Positions 13,127-25,755 of a stretch of DNA of 64,000 nucleotides are shown here, in pieces. Position 1 is the stretch's first letter, and every line of letters begins with the position of its first letter. Position numbers and translations under genes: made by a program. This DNA comes from Octopus bimaculoides (taxonomy: Eukaryota). The stretch covers positions 33,480,538 through 33,544,537 of the forward strand of contig NC_068998.1 in the NCBI RefSeq assembly GCF_001194135.2, given 5' to 3'. The notes beneath the pieces were generated by a model that was given only the letters and a program-made list of their open reading frames with translations, made no database searches and was not told the origin of the DNA.

Positions 13127-14031
13127 AATAATGATAACAACAATATGAAAGTATATAAAGAAGAAATATAGGGTTAAAAGAATCCTGATAAGATATAACT
13201 TTGAAAGTAATGCATACTAAAATGTATCAATAAATTGAAGTTTCCCAAAATTGATAAAATATGAAAAGTTTGGAAGAAAAATAAGAACTCAGCAAACCCA
13301 TACAATATCCTTGCAAAAATATGAAGCATTTAATGCAAGAATCCAACATTAAAATGTAAATAGTTGCCCTAGAGAAAAAAAAAATCTGTCCTAATTTCCT
13401 AAAATAAAGAAACATCTTTTCTTAACAGTAATTTACCTTCGTTTTTTCATGGTTAAAGCAAGGTTAATTAGAAGCAACATGTGACCAGAGGGTATCAAAA
13501 TTGATTTGCAAGTTCTAATCACCTCACAAAGGACATTATGTGATGGTAGAACTGTGCATATTTGATGATGTTGAGTGAGACAAAGAGCATGAAATAATGA
13601 GACAAAGTAATAAGTTTAGTTGCTACATTTGTAAGAATTACCTTTGATCATTTGTCTTGAAGAACTAAAAAGACAAAAACAGTTAAAAAAACAAGTAGGA
13701 AATGTAGAACAAATGAGAGAGCAGCAAGATCAAGAAACATCAGTTTCCATAGCACTATCAACCCAAAGTCTAAGGATGGCTGGAGAAACTGAATTATGTC
13801 CACTATTAGAAAGAAACAACAAAAAGTTTTTGTCATAGCAGTAGCATGCTGTTAAGGAGAAAAGTAATTGTTGCAGAGGTAAACATACAGTCAAAGAAAA
13901 AAAATAATAAATGTAAAAAAAGAGAAAACCTTTTGAAACAGAAAAGTCACTACAAAACAACAGACTAAAAGGAACAATTTCTCCTAAACAACAATACTCA
14001 TCTTTAGAAAAATACTGAAAATATGAAGAGT

Positions 14032-14430
14032 AAGACAGGAGTGGCTGTGTGGTAAGTAGTTTGCTTACCAACCACATAGTTCTGGGTTCAGTCCCACAGC
14101 ATGGCACCTTGGGCAAGTGTCTTCTACTATAGCCTCAGGCTAACCAAAGCTTTGTGAGTGGATTTGGTAGACGGAAACTGAAAGAATCCTGTCAGATATT
14201 TATATGTGTGTGTGTGTGTGTGTTTGTCACCCTACCATCGCTTGGCAATCGATGTTGTTGGTGTATTTACGTCCCCATAACTTAGCGATTTAGCAAAAGA
14301 GATCAATAGAATAAGTACTAAGTTGACAAGGAATAAGCTCTGGGGTCGATTTATTTGACTAAAGGCAGTGCTCCAGCATGGCCACAGCCAAATGACTGAA
14401 ACAAATAAAGAATAAAAGAAAAAAAGAATA
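14032..14430 (+). mobile_element. SINE family 1, full length
   Basis: A-box-like tggctgtgtgg, B-box-like ggttcagtccc, internal (TG)n, 3' half ending gactgaaacaaataaaga. Confidence 0.9.
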
Positions 14431-14564
14431 AGAATCATTGTCCTTTGAAACAATCATGTATGATAAAAAGAAGTCTTTTAGTTTTCTGGAATGAATACAT
14501 CTTATTTTTTATAATTGCTTCATTTTGATTTGGATCTGCACATAAATGGGATACCTATTTATGA

Positions 14565-14700
14565 CTTTCGCCTTTTCTGTATGTGCTAGCTCTTAAACCA
14601 TTGCTATGGAAGTTAGATGTTTTGAGGAGCAACCCATGTGAACCAGGATGCAGAAATTTCATATCAGTTATGCAGACAATGTCACAATAGTAATGTTGGA
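14565..14700 (+). mobile_element. L1/Tx1-like RT fragment
   Basis: LSPFLYVLALKPLLWKL, followed by tcagttatgcagacaatgtcaca = SYADNVT (YADD motif). Confidence 0.6.
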
Positions 14701-14784
14701 CTAGCTTATGCTTGGTATATCTACTTATGTTCCACATACCTATCTATTGTATGGATAACAGTCTCACATTCATAACATGGCAAA

Positions 14785-15200
14785 AAGCTGCTGCCAAAAG
14801 ACTGGCCTTTCACTTCAGAACTAAAAAGTAGTTCAGGAATGAACAACTGTTGACTCTCTGCAAAGTTCAAATCAGACCCACAACAGGATGTAACTCACTT
14901 ATCTGGAACATTGCTACTACTACCTCCACCCCACACTAATCCATCCTTGACCACAATCATAAAAACCATCTGGCTGACGGTCAAAGAAGCAGTCCTCAAC
15001 AAATTCCATTCTGTAGTCACACAGATTCACCGTCACCTCACTCTACCAGTTCTGCCACATTTACAATAATCTGATCCCCAGTTCCTTATTATCTTCAACG
15101 AAACCCACACAATGCTCTTACCCCTGCTCTTTCTAACCACCTACTTTTCCTCTCCCCTGTTAGGCCATGCTCTATCCAGTTCACCAAATGCAGAGGTATC
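14785..15200 (+). mobile_element. CR1/L2-group RT C-terminal fragment, highly decayed
   Basis: QLLTLCKVQIRPTTGCNSLIWN resembles the L(Y)K(A)QIRP(T)MEY(N)SHIW thumb motif; frameshifted. Confidence 0.5.
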
Positions 15201-15229
15201 AGTATCTGGGAAGTCTATGTATATATTTA

Positions 15230-15900
15230 AGGAGGCAGAGAAAGGGAGGGAAGGGAAGAGCATCGTTGGGAGAGGCCCCAGGTACTGTGTGTCCATTATT
15301 GTTATTATTTTTTCTGCTGTTGAAAGTGGGAGAGATGGATCTGCTGCTGGTGTTGTTTGCATTGCAGGTGTTCCTGTTGTTGATGGTGTTGGTGTTCTTC
15401 AAGCAGTTGCTGATTTTGCTGTTCTTGTTGATGATAGTGCCACATTTGTTGTTGTTCACTGATTGTTTAGTAATGGCTTTTGAGGATTTGATATTGGCAG
15501 TAAGTGGGTCCTATGGTCCCTTTTCTTGTGTTGAGAGCAGAAGGCTCTCAAGTGACTACTTTCCCCACACAGGCGACCCTATGGTCTTTTACCTTCAACA
15601 GTATCATGCATTTGTTCACTTCCTAGAAGACAATTATGGTCTGGGATCATGTGCATCATATAGTACCTCCACACTCATCTCAGACCAATTTTTGCAATGG
15701 ATTCACTTCATCCACTAAAGTCTGTGATTCCCTTCTAATATGATGTGTGCTAAAATCCACCATAAATTTACCTCTAGTGGAATTCCTGAGATCTTCACTC
15801 TCACCATCCTCCTTCCTAAATACGATGGATGGAGAACATATTTTTCACTCTAACAGGGTCTTGAAGATCACTAATGAAATGCCCACAAATTGTTTGGCAC
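15230..15900 (-). mobile_element. Gag-like LINE ORF1 fragment with CCHC zinc knuckle and low-complexity tail
   Basis: Minus strand YVLHPSYLGRRMVRVKISGIPLEVNLW...*, later LCGESSHLRAFC (CX2CX4HX4C remnant), then an Asn/Thr-rich stretch. Confidence 0.5.
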
Positions 15901-17796
15901 TTGAGATGTGCTGAATGTCAAGTATTATTTCTTTCACTCCTCCTTCTACATCTGTCTAACTAGCTGTCTCCAGCTGTTTTGCGTTCATGGAATGCAGTTT
16001 TATGTGTGTGTTTCTGCCAACACCTTGGGGTGGGGATGGCTATGTCAGCCAGTGATTTTGTTTCATTGTCTATGCAATAGAATATTTTCTTAAAATCAAG
16101 ATATTTACACTTTGCTTACTGTTGCTTTCTCTTCTAATTTATTACACATTGAAGGCTAGTTTCAGGGTTTGCAATCACTAGTTAACGAGATGGACATAAA
16201 CCTGCCCTTTTTCTTTCTTCCTTCCTTGCTTTTTTTCATACCCCTTTGTATATTACATTCTCTCTTTTCATGCTTGGTCTCTGCCACTTTCTGTTTTACA
16301 TGTTGGTTTAGCTTGTCTCTTTATTTCTTTATTACTCTTTCTCTTCTCTTCATTTATTTATTTATTTTTGTTTGTTTTTGTTGCAAAGATGGACATTAAA
16401 GGGAATATTTCGTTAAAAATCAGTGTGAAAGTTTATCATGTGCCGTTGTATCTTAGTAGTAATAGAAGATTCCTGTGGTAGGCTGAAACAAACAATATAT
16501 TCAAATGGTCCTTTGTGTCTACTGACATATCAGTGAACTTGAAGCCCACTGGACTGCAATGATTACCTTGGGTCACTCAGTGAACTTGGATCCAACTGTC
16601 ATGAATATTTTTTGTGACAACTACATCTCAGAGGTTGTACTCCACCTGCCAAGTCCTGCAACAAAGTTATGGATAGCAAGTGGCTCAAGTATGTGTTGCT
16701 GCTAAACATATATTTATTTTTGAACCAGTGGTGATGAGAGCAGCTATCCCTGCTAGTAAACTGACAAATAATGTTTATGAATACTATGGGGACAAAAATT
16801 GCTGATGCAACATTTGAAGTGTGTTCTGGTAATTATCTTTGATATGTCAGTGGACTGCTGCTTAGCAAAAATGAATAAAGAAAACTTCTCAGTTTGAGAC
16901 ATATTTCAGTTTTCCCCTCTCACTTCTTCTCTTCTTACTCTCAGTTCCTTCCATCTTGTTTTTATAGAGTTCATAGTCTTGTGAAGGAAGTTGTCTAGTG
17001 GAAGTTCTTTTGCCTCTATTTTTGCCAAGCATTTCAATTACGAAATGTATGAGTGTGTGTGGGACTGTTTGTATCAGCATGCATAATACATGATATTGTT
17101 TGTTCATAAGCTAATTATCAGTTTATGGGATTTTTCGTTCTTCTTTTTCTTTCTTTCTTTTTTTTTGTTGTTGATAATTTACTGTTATAGTAACATGATA
17201 AGATACAAAATAACACTTCTCAGATAAGCAGCCTATTTATTACGTTTATTGCATTAAGTTAATGTATTGCTACATGTATATCCATATTTTCACAAACTCC
17301 AGATGTATTGGCAATCATAATTCCTTCTGTTGGTTATTTATACTGCAAGCTCTTCATATGTTCCTGTTAGGAATTTACAATTGCACTGTTATAAATTCCT
17401 AGTTCAGTTTTTCTTTACTTAAGTTCTTGCTATTGCATGACTGTCAAATTTATTTACCTGGTCTATCCATCACATGGCAAGAACTTAGTTATATTAGTTT
17501 TGTTGCTGCATGGTGGACAAATACGTTTTGCTATATATTACTTTACATATGTTTATAGTATTATAGTGGGTTTTGATCGCTGGTTTAAGCTGATAGAACT
17601 GTTAGGTATGTGATTATGAGTTCAAAATGTCTTACATTTTCTTGGTCAGACAAATTTTTCACTTTATCTTAGTCAAATGAAATGACAAGTATTTGAAATT
17701 ACCTGACAAATAGTATAATCTGATCAGATGGAAAAAAGTCTTTGAAATTATGTAAAATCAATTTTATATACATATATATGCATATATACATATAAA

Positions 17797-17950
17797 CAGG
17801 TACAGGCATGGCCCAGTAGCAAGAAGTTTGCTTCCCAACCACATAGTTCCAGGTTCAGTCCCACTCCATGGTACTTGGAAAGAGACTTCTACTATAACCT
17901 CAGGCTGACCAAAGCTTTGTAATAGATGGACATTGAAAGAAGCTTGTTAT
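17797..17950 (+). mobile_element. SINE family 1, 5' half, running into a gap
   Basis: ggtacaggcatggc...ccaggttcagtcccactccatgg...ctactataacctcaggctgaccaaagctttg. Confidence 0.75.
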
Positions 17951-18025
17951 NNNNNNNNNNNNNNNNNNNNNNNNNNNNNNNNNNNNNNNNNNNNNNNNNN
18001 NNNNNNNNNNNNNNNNNNNNNNNNN

Positions 18026-18050
<25 letters not shown>

Positions 18051-18058
<8 letters not shown>

Positions 18059-18477
18059 CATTCAAAAGAAAGTAAGAAAATAGAGATATAACGTTCAATA
18101 AAAATTTATTATCTGCGAAAATCAAACATAGTCCCATACAGCTGTTTCAATTAAGGCTAAAAGATTAAATAACAATTATTAAAATCATGATATTAGGCAA
18201 ACTCTCTTCAGAGGGGTAGAAAAAAGATATACTGTTAGGTTTTTGTGTGTTGTATTCTGTGTGATGGTTCCAAAATACAACACATAAAAACCTAATAGTA
18301 TATCTTTTTTCTACCCCTCTGAAGAGATTTTGGCCAATATAATGATTTTAATAATTACTATTTAGTCTTTTAGGCTTAACTGAAACAGCTGTAAGGAACT
18401 ATGCTTGATTTTTGCAGATAATAAATCTTTATTAAATGCTATATCTCCATTTTCTTACTTTCCTTTGAAGGATTATA
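18051..18477. repeat. 427-bp imperfect palindrome (inverted Penelope-like terminus) with a hammerhead-like motif in each arm
   Basis: Arms of about 205 bp align as reverse complements (e.g. tcttcagaggggtagaaaaaagatatact / agtatatcttttttctacccctctgaaga); central spacer about 11 nt; roughly 85-90% identity by eye. Confidence 0.9.
18314..18397 (+). ncRNA. Type I hammerhead-like motif, right arm; mirror copy at 18132-18216 on minus
   Basis: CCCCU-CUGAAGA-long stem II-GAAACAGCUGUA-AGG. Palindromic stem III ACAGCUGU, triplet GUA, partial stem I. Confidence 0.55.
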
Positions 18478-18611
18478 AACCAGAGTTTATATATAAACCT
18501 ATTGTTTTATGAATATTATTATTTACAACAATTGTTAGGTATTAAACCAGTAATTCATTGGATGATACCATCCCTTAATGAGGCTAATCTAACCTCTAAT
18601 TGACTATATAT

Positions 18612-19057
18612 AATTGAGTGTTGGGCCTCATGGAGGCAAGTGGCTGAGTTCCTTTTGAGTGTTGGGCCTCACAGAGGTGAGGTGGTTGAGTTCCTTTCGA
18701 GCATTGGGAACCATGGGGGCAAAGTGGTAGAGTTTCTTTCGAGTGTTGGGTCTTATGAAGGCAATGACCAAGACCTTTGGTACTATGTTGTGCTTGAGAA
18801 GAAGACCCATCAAGCCAAGCAAAATTGCAGTCGTGGCAGATACTGGTGTCACACAAATGGCATCCATGCTGGTGGCACGTAAAAACACCCATTACACTCT
18901 CGAGCGGTTGGCGTTAGGAAAGGCATCTAACCATAGAAAGCCATGCCAAATCAGATTGGAGTCTAGCGCAGCTTTCCAGTGTGCCAGCCCAGTCAAATCG
19001 TCCAGCCCATGTCAGCACGAACAATGGACGTTAAATGATGATGATGATGGTGATGAT
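18612..19057 (+). mobile_element. RTE-type 3' end with four ~41-bp tandem units and a (GAT)n tail
   Basis: gagtgttgggcctca... repeated four times, then gtggcacgtaaaaacaccc...ggcgttaggaaaggcatc...ggacgttaaatgatgatg. Homologous to 60580-60775. Confidence 0.75.
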
Positions 19058-19084
19058 ATATATGTATGTATGTATATATTTATG

Positions 19085-19285
19085 TGCATGCATCTTTGTG
19101 TCTGAATTTGTCCTCTGCCGCACCACTTGACACGTATTGGTGTGTTTACATCCCCATAACTTAGCAGTTTGGCAAAAGAGACCAATAGAATAAGTACTGG
19201 GACTTTAAAAAATAAGTTCTGGGGACAATTTGTTCAATTAACTCTTCAAGATGGTTCTCTAGTATGACCAATTTTAAAAGTGCTT
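19085..19285 (+). mobile_element. SINE family 1, 3' half
   Basis: cccataacttagcagtttggcaaaagagaccaatagaataagtact. Confidence 0.75.
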
Positions 19286-22059
19286 CATTTTAATGATAGA
19301 GCAATGCTGTGATCCACCAAGTAATCTATAGAAAGTAATTGAATATACACCTGGCATACACACTGGACCTTCCTCGAGGGAATCTGGGAGTTGACTCATA
19401 TTTGCTAACAATGTTTTTATGTTTGTCAACTGCCCCATCATCAATGTGGATATATGTTTACAGGCCTATATTGTGTATCGTGAAACTTGTATGGTGGGTC
19501 TTGTATTGATTTGTAGATGTACATCCATATAAAAGTGTGCATTTATACAAATACTTTCTTAGTTAAAAAAATTTCAAGAATGATGTTGTATCGAGTATAT
19601 AATTGTGAATATCAAGTCCAGGGAAAGAAATATTGGAAATTTAAGGTTTAAAGAAATTATTCTAATTAAAAACTTAATCCATCTATTAACAGAATATATG
19701 ATCTGAGCTACACTGATTGGCTATTTTAATACTACCAGTCTATATGTTCCTTTCTTCTCACTGGAAATAAATAGCTCATTAAGTATTTAAATCTATGCAA
19801 ATTGATAAGAGATTTTTAATCCTATAATGTAGTTTGCTTTGGTTCTGTTTCTGTTTCTACATTTATTATGAAACTTGCATTGTAGTGCCTTTCCTAATTA
19901 CCAATGGGAAACAAAAAAGCTACTTAAACAGTGCTGCTGTAGAAAATTAGAAAATGAAAGCATAATTTTATATTTACTTCATATATGTAGTTGAGGTTGA
20001 TGAATTATTTTATTGTGATCTTATTTTATATGTAATTCCTTATTTGTTATGGGATACTGATGACTAAGTGGAAAGACCCAAGAAGCCTAATACTTTACCT
20101 CACTTGATTGAACCTACTGAAACATGATGTTCATGTTCTGTCCCATGGCTGGAAACAAATAGATAGACACATATACACATACAAATGCATGAAAGTACAC
20201 ACAAGCACACATTTTAAAAGTATAAGCAAATTCTGATATTTTTCTGTCCCCTATAGATCCAAAATGTTGGTGCTTAAATTTGTAGAATTTTGGACTACAA
20301 TAAGTATCTTTTCTCACTGTAGGAGCTGAATATAGCATTGTAGGTGAACAAACCACTTCATAATGCCACACTGCAACTTCAGGTTGCTACAGCAATGAAT
20401 TTCACCTGGAAATCTTTCTTAAAGCCAATTAGATATTGGCTTCTATTTGAAGTTAAATGTCTTTAGTATGATCCCAATGCAACATTTGTGGCAAGGTATA
20501 AACTGCTGATCTCTTATCTATTTGTTCAACCTCGTATCGATTCAGTTTTTCCAGTATATATTCATTTGGAAGTATTTCAAAGAAAACCACAATCACAATC
20601 TACATGATTTGTCAGGTTGTGTTAAGCCAAGTAAAAATCACTTGACATATTGTCCATGCTATCAGTATTTATGCAAAATAAGCTAAAATCTCTATTTAAA
20701 GAACATTTCATTATGTGCAAGCCCATTTACTGCCCTTCCTTGAGTTGCTGAAGTTAAGAAAGAACAGTATTATATTTGCTTAAAGAAAATATTAAAATAA
20801 ATTAAATAAGATTTTATATACTAAATTAAGTCTATCAAAATACTTCTGCATATTTACTGTAGTATGCAAATTGCGAGCTTTGGAATTCAAAGCAGAAATT
20901 CAATACTACAAGTCTCTATTCATTTAATGGTCAGAGAGAGGCAACTGATCTACTACAATTGTATTTATATGCTATGCCAGTTTGAATAAAACTACACGAA
21001 ACCATTCCTTTAGCTGCTTCATTTTCATGATGTCACTAGGAATTATTCTCTAAAACAAAGATTGGCTTAATTTCTATATAAAATAAAACAATACTTCCAA
21101 CAAAATATTCTAATATTGTTGGATCTCAAATGTTTATTCAACTTATTCATTACTGTGTCATAGGCTAATATTTGAAGATTTGGAGGAATGTGAAAATCAG
21201 CCAGATATTTAAAGTATCTTATTACCATTCAAGTAGAGAGACCAAAATTTGCTTAAGACTCTAATTGGGTGGGTTGCACATACAATTACCAGTCAGTTAA
21301 TTTAGAAAATAATTAACAATCCCAACATGATTATTTTCTTATTGCTGTTGGGTAATGAAACAGTATTGTATGAGTAGATCGATCATCAGTGAAAATCCAG
21401 CGAGTGACCTTCAAATCCAGCACATATAACATGCTATACTACAGTAACAAAGTTGCAGTGTTTGGTAATATAGTTCAGAAATAACATTTTAGTCTGCTTT
21501 GTTATATATTCTGCTGTCTAGGCAGTGGTTGCTGCAGGAGTATGCAAAATGAATTAGGTTACTAACTCACATATTTTTGGCATGCCAACAAATAGATTTA
21601 ACAAAAGAAGAAATTGATTTTGCTGTTGTTTTTGCAAATATATGTGTGCGGATCAGATGGAAAAGATAGTAATTTTATAATAACGATGTAATAGTATTCT
21701 CATATATTTTAAAGTATTTTGAATGCTATTGTTGCTGCTAAGCCCTAAATTAGCTCCAGTTGAACAAACCCTATGAATAATGACAATTCAATTGTGACCA
21801 TCTTGCTTATTTTTCGTGGCAGCTTTCCTGAGACAATTCTATCCTATGTGTTTTTCCTGCTTTTTTATAAGATGATAGGATGTGCTGATTTGAGTGATAT
21901 TTGGCTGTTCACTTGTTGGCTCGATAGCAAGACACCTGTTTCTCCCTCTTTGTTTCCCTGTCACACATTAACCTTTCATCACCTGACAAAAGATCCCCTC
22001 ATCCAATACCTCCACCCCTCTCAAAATTCCTTATCTTTCAAGTTACTTGGTGACCCTGC

Positions 22060-22326
22060 TGGTGCCATGTAAATAGCATGCAGTCCACACTGTAAAATGA
22101 TTGGCATTTGGAAGGGCATCCAGCTGTAAAAATCATGCCAAAACTGACCTCACTTGTGCTAGTGCCACATAAAAAGTACGAGTCCACTCTGTGGAGTGGT
22201 TGGTGTTAGGAAGGGCATCCAGCCATAAAATCCCTGCCAAAACAGACACAGTAGCCTGAGGTAGTCTTCTACCTAGCTGGCTCCTGTCAACCTGTTACCC
22301 ATGCATGCATGGAAGATGGATGTTAA

Positions 22327-22362
<36 letters not shown>
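22060..22362 (+). mobile_element. RTE-tail element with internal ~95-bp duplication and a (GAT)n tail
   Basis: Two copies of gtgcca..aaa..tggttgg..ttaggaagggcatccagc..aaaa..tgccaaaac; ends ggatgttaaatgatgatgat. Confidence 0.7.
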
Positions 22363-22364
<2 letters not shown>

Positions 22365-22918
22365 GATCAATAGCAAAATTAGTGAATTGGCAAAAAAAGA
22401 AATGAAACCAAAATAAATACGTAAAGTTAGCTGAGGGAAAAGAAAATAGAAAAAGAAGGAAGAGTACAAAAGGGAGTTTAAAGGAGAGAAAGGGACAGAA
22501 GAAATGTATTGTGATGGTCAGTATTTTAATTCAATTCTTGAGGAGGAGACAGTGAGTTGGAAAAGTGTGAGTGAGTTTTGACCCTATGCTAAGTTTTGAC
22601 CCTCACCTAGTAGATAAATGAAAAAATGCAATATAGCTGAAGGTCACCAATGATAAATAGATATACTTTGGTACAGAACTATAAGTTTAAAAGGACTCTG
22701 ACATGGAGACATGTACCTGTGACATACACACAAAACCCACACTCACACACACTCAAACATACATAATATATAAACATATACATATATAGATACATACAAA
22801 TAAATATTTATGTGTATGTATCTATATACTCATACAAGTACATATTTACATATAAATATACATAGACATATATAAACAGATAAACAAATAAACACACATA
22901 CATACATACATACATACA

Positions 22919-22954
<36 letters not shown>

Positions 22955-23174
22955 TGCATGTATAATGGAGACATGTTGCAAATGAATGAGTGGAAGAAAA
23001 GATTTTGCTTCTGTAATCAGCCCTACCCAAGTCTGACTCCAAAAGATTATCAGTCATAGTTTACTCCCATATATTTCCTAGTGTAAAATGTGAGAACAAT
23101 AAGAAGGAAACTTGTAGGAAAATACACACTTGGTTTTGACACAAGATTATATATATATATATATATACATATAT

Positions 23175-23765
23175 ATTCTGTATTCTTCAGGGCCATCACC
23201 TCTGATCTATAATGTTATGTCCCTCTTGCATTTCTTGAGGCTCTTCTTTTCCTCTGTGGCCTTCAGGAGCTTCTCCATCCGGTATGCCTCAAAGTCTCTC
23301 TTCAGTTTGCTGACAAATCACTCTGCTGAGAAAGGACTATTCAAGGTGATCTTTAATAGCCCGCTTCATAATTTTCCTCTTCTCGAGTAACTTCGTAGTT
23401 TCGTCCGAGACTCTTCCTTTCTTCTCTCTCAGACACACTCCCTTAGCCTTTCTTAAACACTCCTTCAGTTTCCCTATCAGTGAGTTGTAGTCATTGTCTA
23501 TGTCATCTCCTTTGAACCAGGTTTCCTGCATGATGGCTTCCTGCAGCTTCACCTCGTTGAAGACTCAGATGCGTTTTCCCTTCAGTGCCGAATGCGGCGC
23601 CTTCTTCTCCCTTGTCCCATCGATGACAACCCTCGCCCTCATCAGACGATGATCGCTGCCGGTGTTGAATGGCATCATGAAGGAGGCATCATGTAATATA
23701 CGTCTCTTATCGACCAGAATGTAGTCGATCTCATTTCAGTGCTCAGAGTTTGGCGATACCCAGTC
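23175..23765 (-). mobile_element. RTE-clade LINE fragment (end of APE plus linker)
   Basis: Minus strand WVSPNSEH*NEIDYILVDKRR...FNTGSDHRLMRA (APE C-terminal motifs), then KLQEAIMQETW...VSDETTKLLEKRK. Confidence 0.8.
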
Positions 23766-23789
23766 AAATGTCACTTATGTAACTTGGAA

Positions 23790-24240
23790 TCCTGTTATAT
23801 CACCTAATGAGGCATTTCTGCACTTTAGAGTGCATTGGAATTCATTATACTGTTGTTCTCCACCCACTAGGGAGCAGTGCAGAATTATGCTGAAACAATT
23901 GAAGGAATAGATTTCTTCAATCTGAATGTATCACTCAAACTACTACTTGGATTTACCTAAGATTATACTTAAGGAGTTATACCTTCACAGAAATATGGAC
24001 AAACCTCCATACCCTCCAGACCAAGATGAACTTTGTTTACTCTCCTATCTACTGTGAAGTCTCTGTCTGGAACTTTTCTGCATACACACCTTGTCACTGA
24101 TGATGGAATATCCAGTGTATGAGGGTGTTGACCCATTACCGGGGATATCCGAAAAACAACTGTTTGACATTACTTACTTCTTTTTTGATTCACATTTTCT
24201 TTAATTAAATATTTTAAATGACCTGAAATGCTCGCCCTGC
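23790..24240 (+). mobile_element. Penelope-like 3' end, decayed
   Basis: Decayed coding-like stretch followed by a hammerhead motif; same layout as 32800-33840. Confidence 0.45.
24092..24169 (+). ncRNA. Type I hammerhead-like motif
   Basis: UGUCA-CUGAUGA-U-GGAAUAUCC...GGAUAUCC-GAAA(aa)CAACUGUU-UGACA. Perfect 5-bp stem I and strong stem II; stem III carries two extra A and one substitution. Confidence 0.7.
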
Positions 24241-24439
24241 CTTGGTTTTGTTTTTCTTTTCCATTAACACACACACACACACATGTATGTATGTATGTAT
24301 GTATGTATGTATGTATGTACGTACGTATCATATAGTATTTTCTGTTACAGGGAGTGCAGCTTTTGGCTACTTTTATAGTGTGATCAGACTAGATATGACA
24401 GTTTGCATAAAAGGAAAGCACAATAGTCCATATAATAAT

Positions 24440-25200
24440 AGATTATTTAAAAGAATCAAAACATAGCTTCTAGATAATTGCTGGCAGATGGTAGTTTACT
24501 CAAAGTAACCACCCTCAGCTTCTACCATGGCCACAAGATAGCTCCAAAACCTGGCACATGCATTCCTCACTGTATCTGTGAGAAAATTTTATAACATCTT
24601 GATTTTGGTCAACAGCTTGACCTTTGTGCTGCAGGTGAAGCGGTTGGTGCCTTTCACAACTGCATTTCACATATATTTTGAGGGAACTTGGAGACCAGAA
24701 TTGGGGGTTTGTAAAGTCATAGAAATTTTCTAACAACCATTTCTGACTCTTCCCAAAGGTATGGCAACAAGCCAAATCCTACTGCTACACATGACTTTCT
24801 AGCAGCAACCATCTCCAGCCAAGGATTTACCAGTCTCCAGCAGCTTCACACCTATATTTATGCACCAGTGTTAATTAATGTATTTGTTGTCTGAATTGAG
24901 TCTAAGGCCCTGTTCAAAGGTGTGGGGATGAATTCTGGTATGCTGACACAGTCACAATGCCTTCTGTGTCCCTTCCAGCTAGCCACAACTTTCCAGTCTC
25001 CATTACTGTTGTCCATGTCACATCTTACAACTTTTACAGTGTTTACAGAACATTGAGCAGCAGTCATGATATTGGCATTTTGATGTGGAACATGAAACAT
25101 CATGATACAGGCAACTCTTTTCCAATATTCAGGTGGTTTCTATTCCTCCACGTCAGGTAAATTTTTCTCAACTACAACTTTAATCTTTATGCTTTCCAAC
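24440..25200 (-). mobile_element. Tc1/mariner-superfamily transposase remnant
   Basis: Minus strand KSQKWLLENFYDFTNPQFWSPSS (WPPSSPDL-like) and N-terminal DCVSIPEFI...; multiple frameshifts; TIRs not resolved. Confidence 0.7.
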
Positions 25201-25534
25201 TGATACATGAAACTGTTCCTGAAAAAAGGATGCATAAAAACATCGTCAAATCTCTAGCCAGAACACTCTGTATATTACAACTTCCTTCTGAGATTATCTT
25301 TATTTCTGAGTGTGCATCAGCAGATTTTTAAAGTAAATGTTTTAGCAAGATATCATAGGGCTGTTACCAAATTATTATTAACAATGCAAATTTATAACTT
25401 TTGTTGGATATGCAGTGCTCAATTAGCTGTGGTCCTTATGTGTTTTTATATATGTGCCCTTTTCTTTTTATTTCAATCCCTCTCCCTAAAACTGGTGGTT
25501 TTCTAAATAATAAGTCATTAATATTTAAGCTACA

Positions 25535-25755
25535 TTAAGGTGGCAAGATGGTAGACGTGCTATCATGCTGGGCAAGATGCTGAGCAGCATTTTGTCTGTC
25601 TTTATGGTCTGAGTTCAAATTCTGCTGAGGCTGAATTTGCCTTACATCCTTTCGGAGCTGAGGAGACAAGTGCCAGATAAGCATTGGGGTTAATGTCATC
25701 GATTGGCTCGGCCCCACAAAAATGCTGGCCTAGTACCAAAATCTGAAACCAATAT
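25535..25755 (+). mobile_element. SINE family 2
   Basis: ggcaagatgctgagcagcatttt...ctgagttcaaattctgctgagg...tttgccttacatcctttcgg; homologous to the 12445-13126 trio. Confidence 0.75.

Noticed and set aside
14032-14110. tRNA-like heads with A/B boxes
   Set aside because: SINE heads without a cloverleaf or anticodon arm; not called as tRNA genes.
18612-18750. Four ~41-bp tandem units resembling a CRISPR array
   Set aside because: No unique spacers, eukaryotic context, and part of an RTE 3' region.
8690-20080. Other CUGANGA...GAAA near-matches (about 8700 minus, 20055 plus)
   Set aside because: Stem II is 2 bp or less, and there is no palindromic stem III or stem I.
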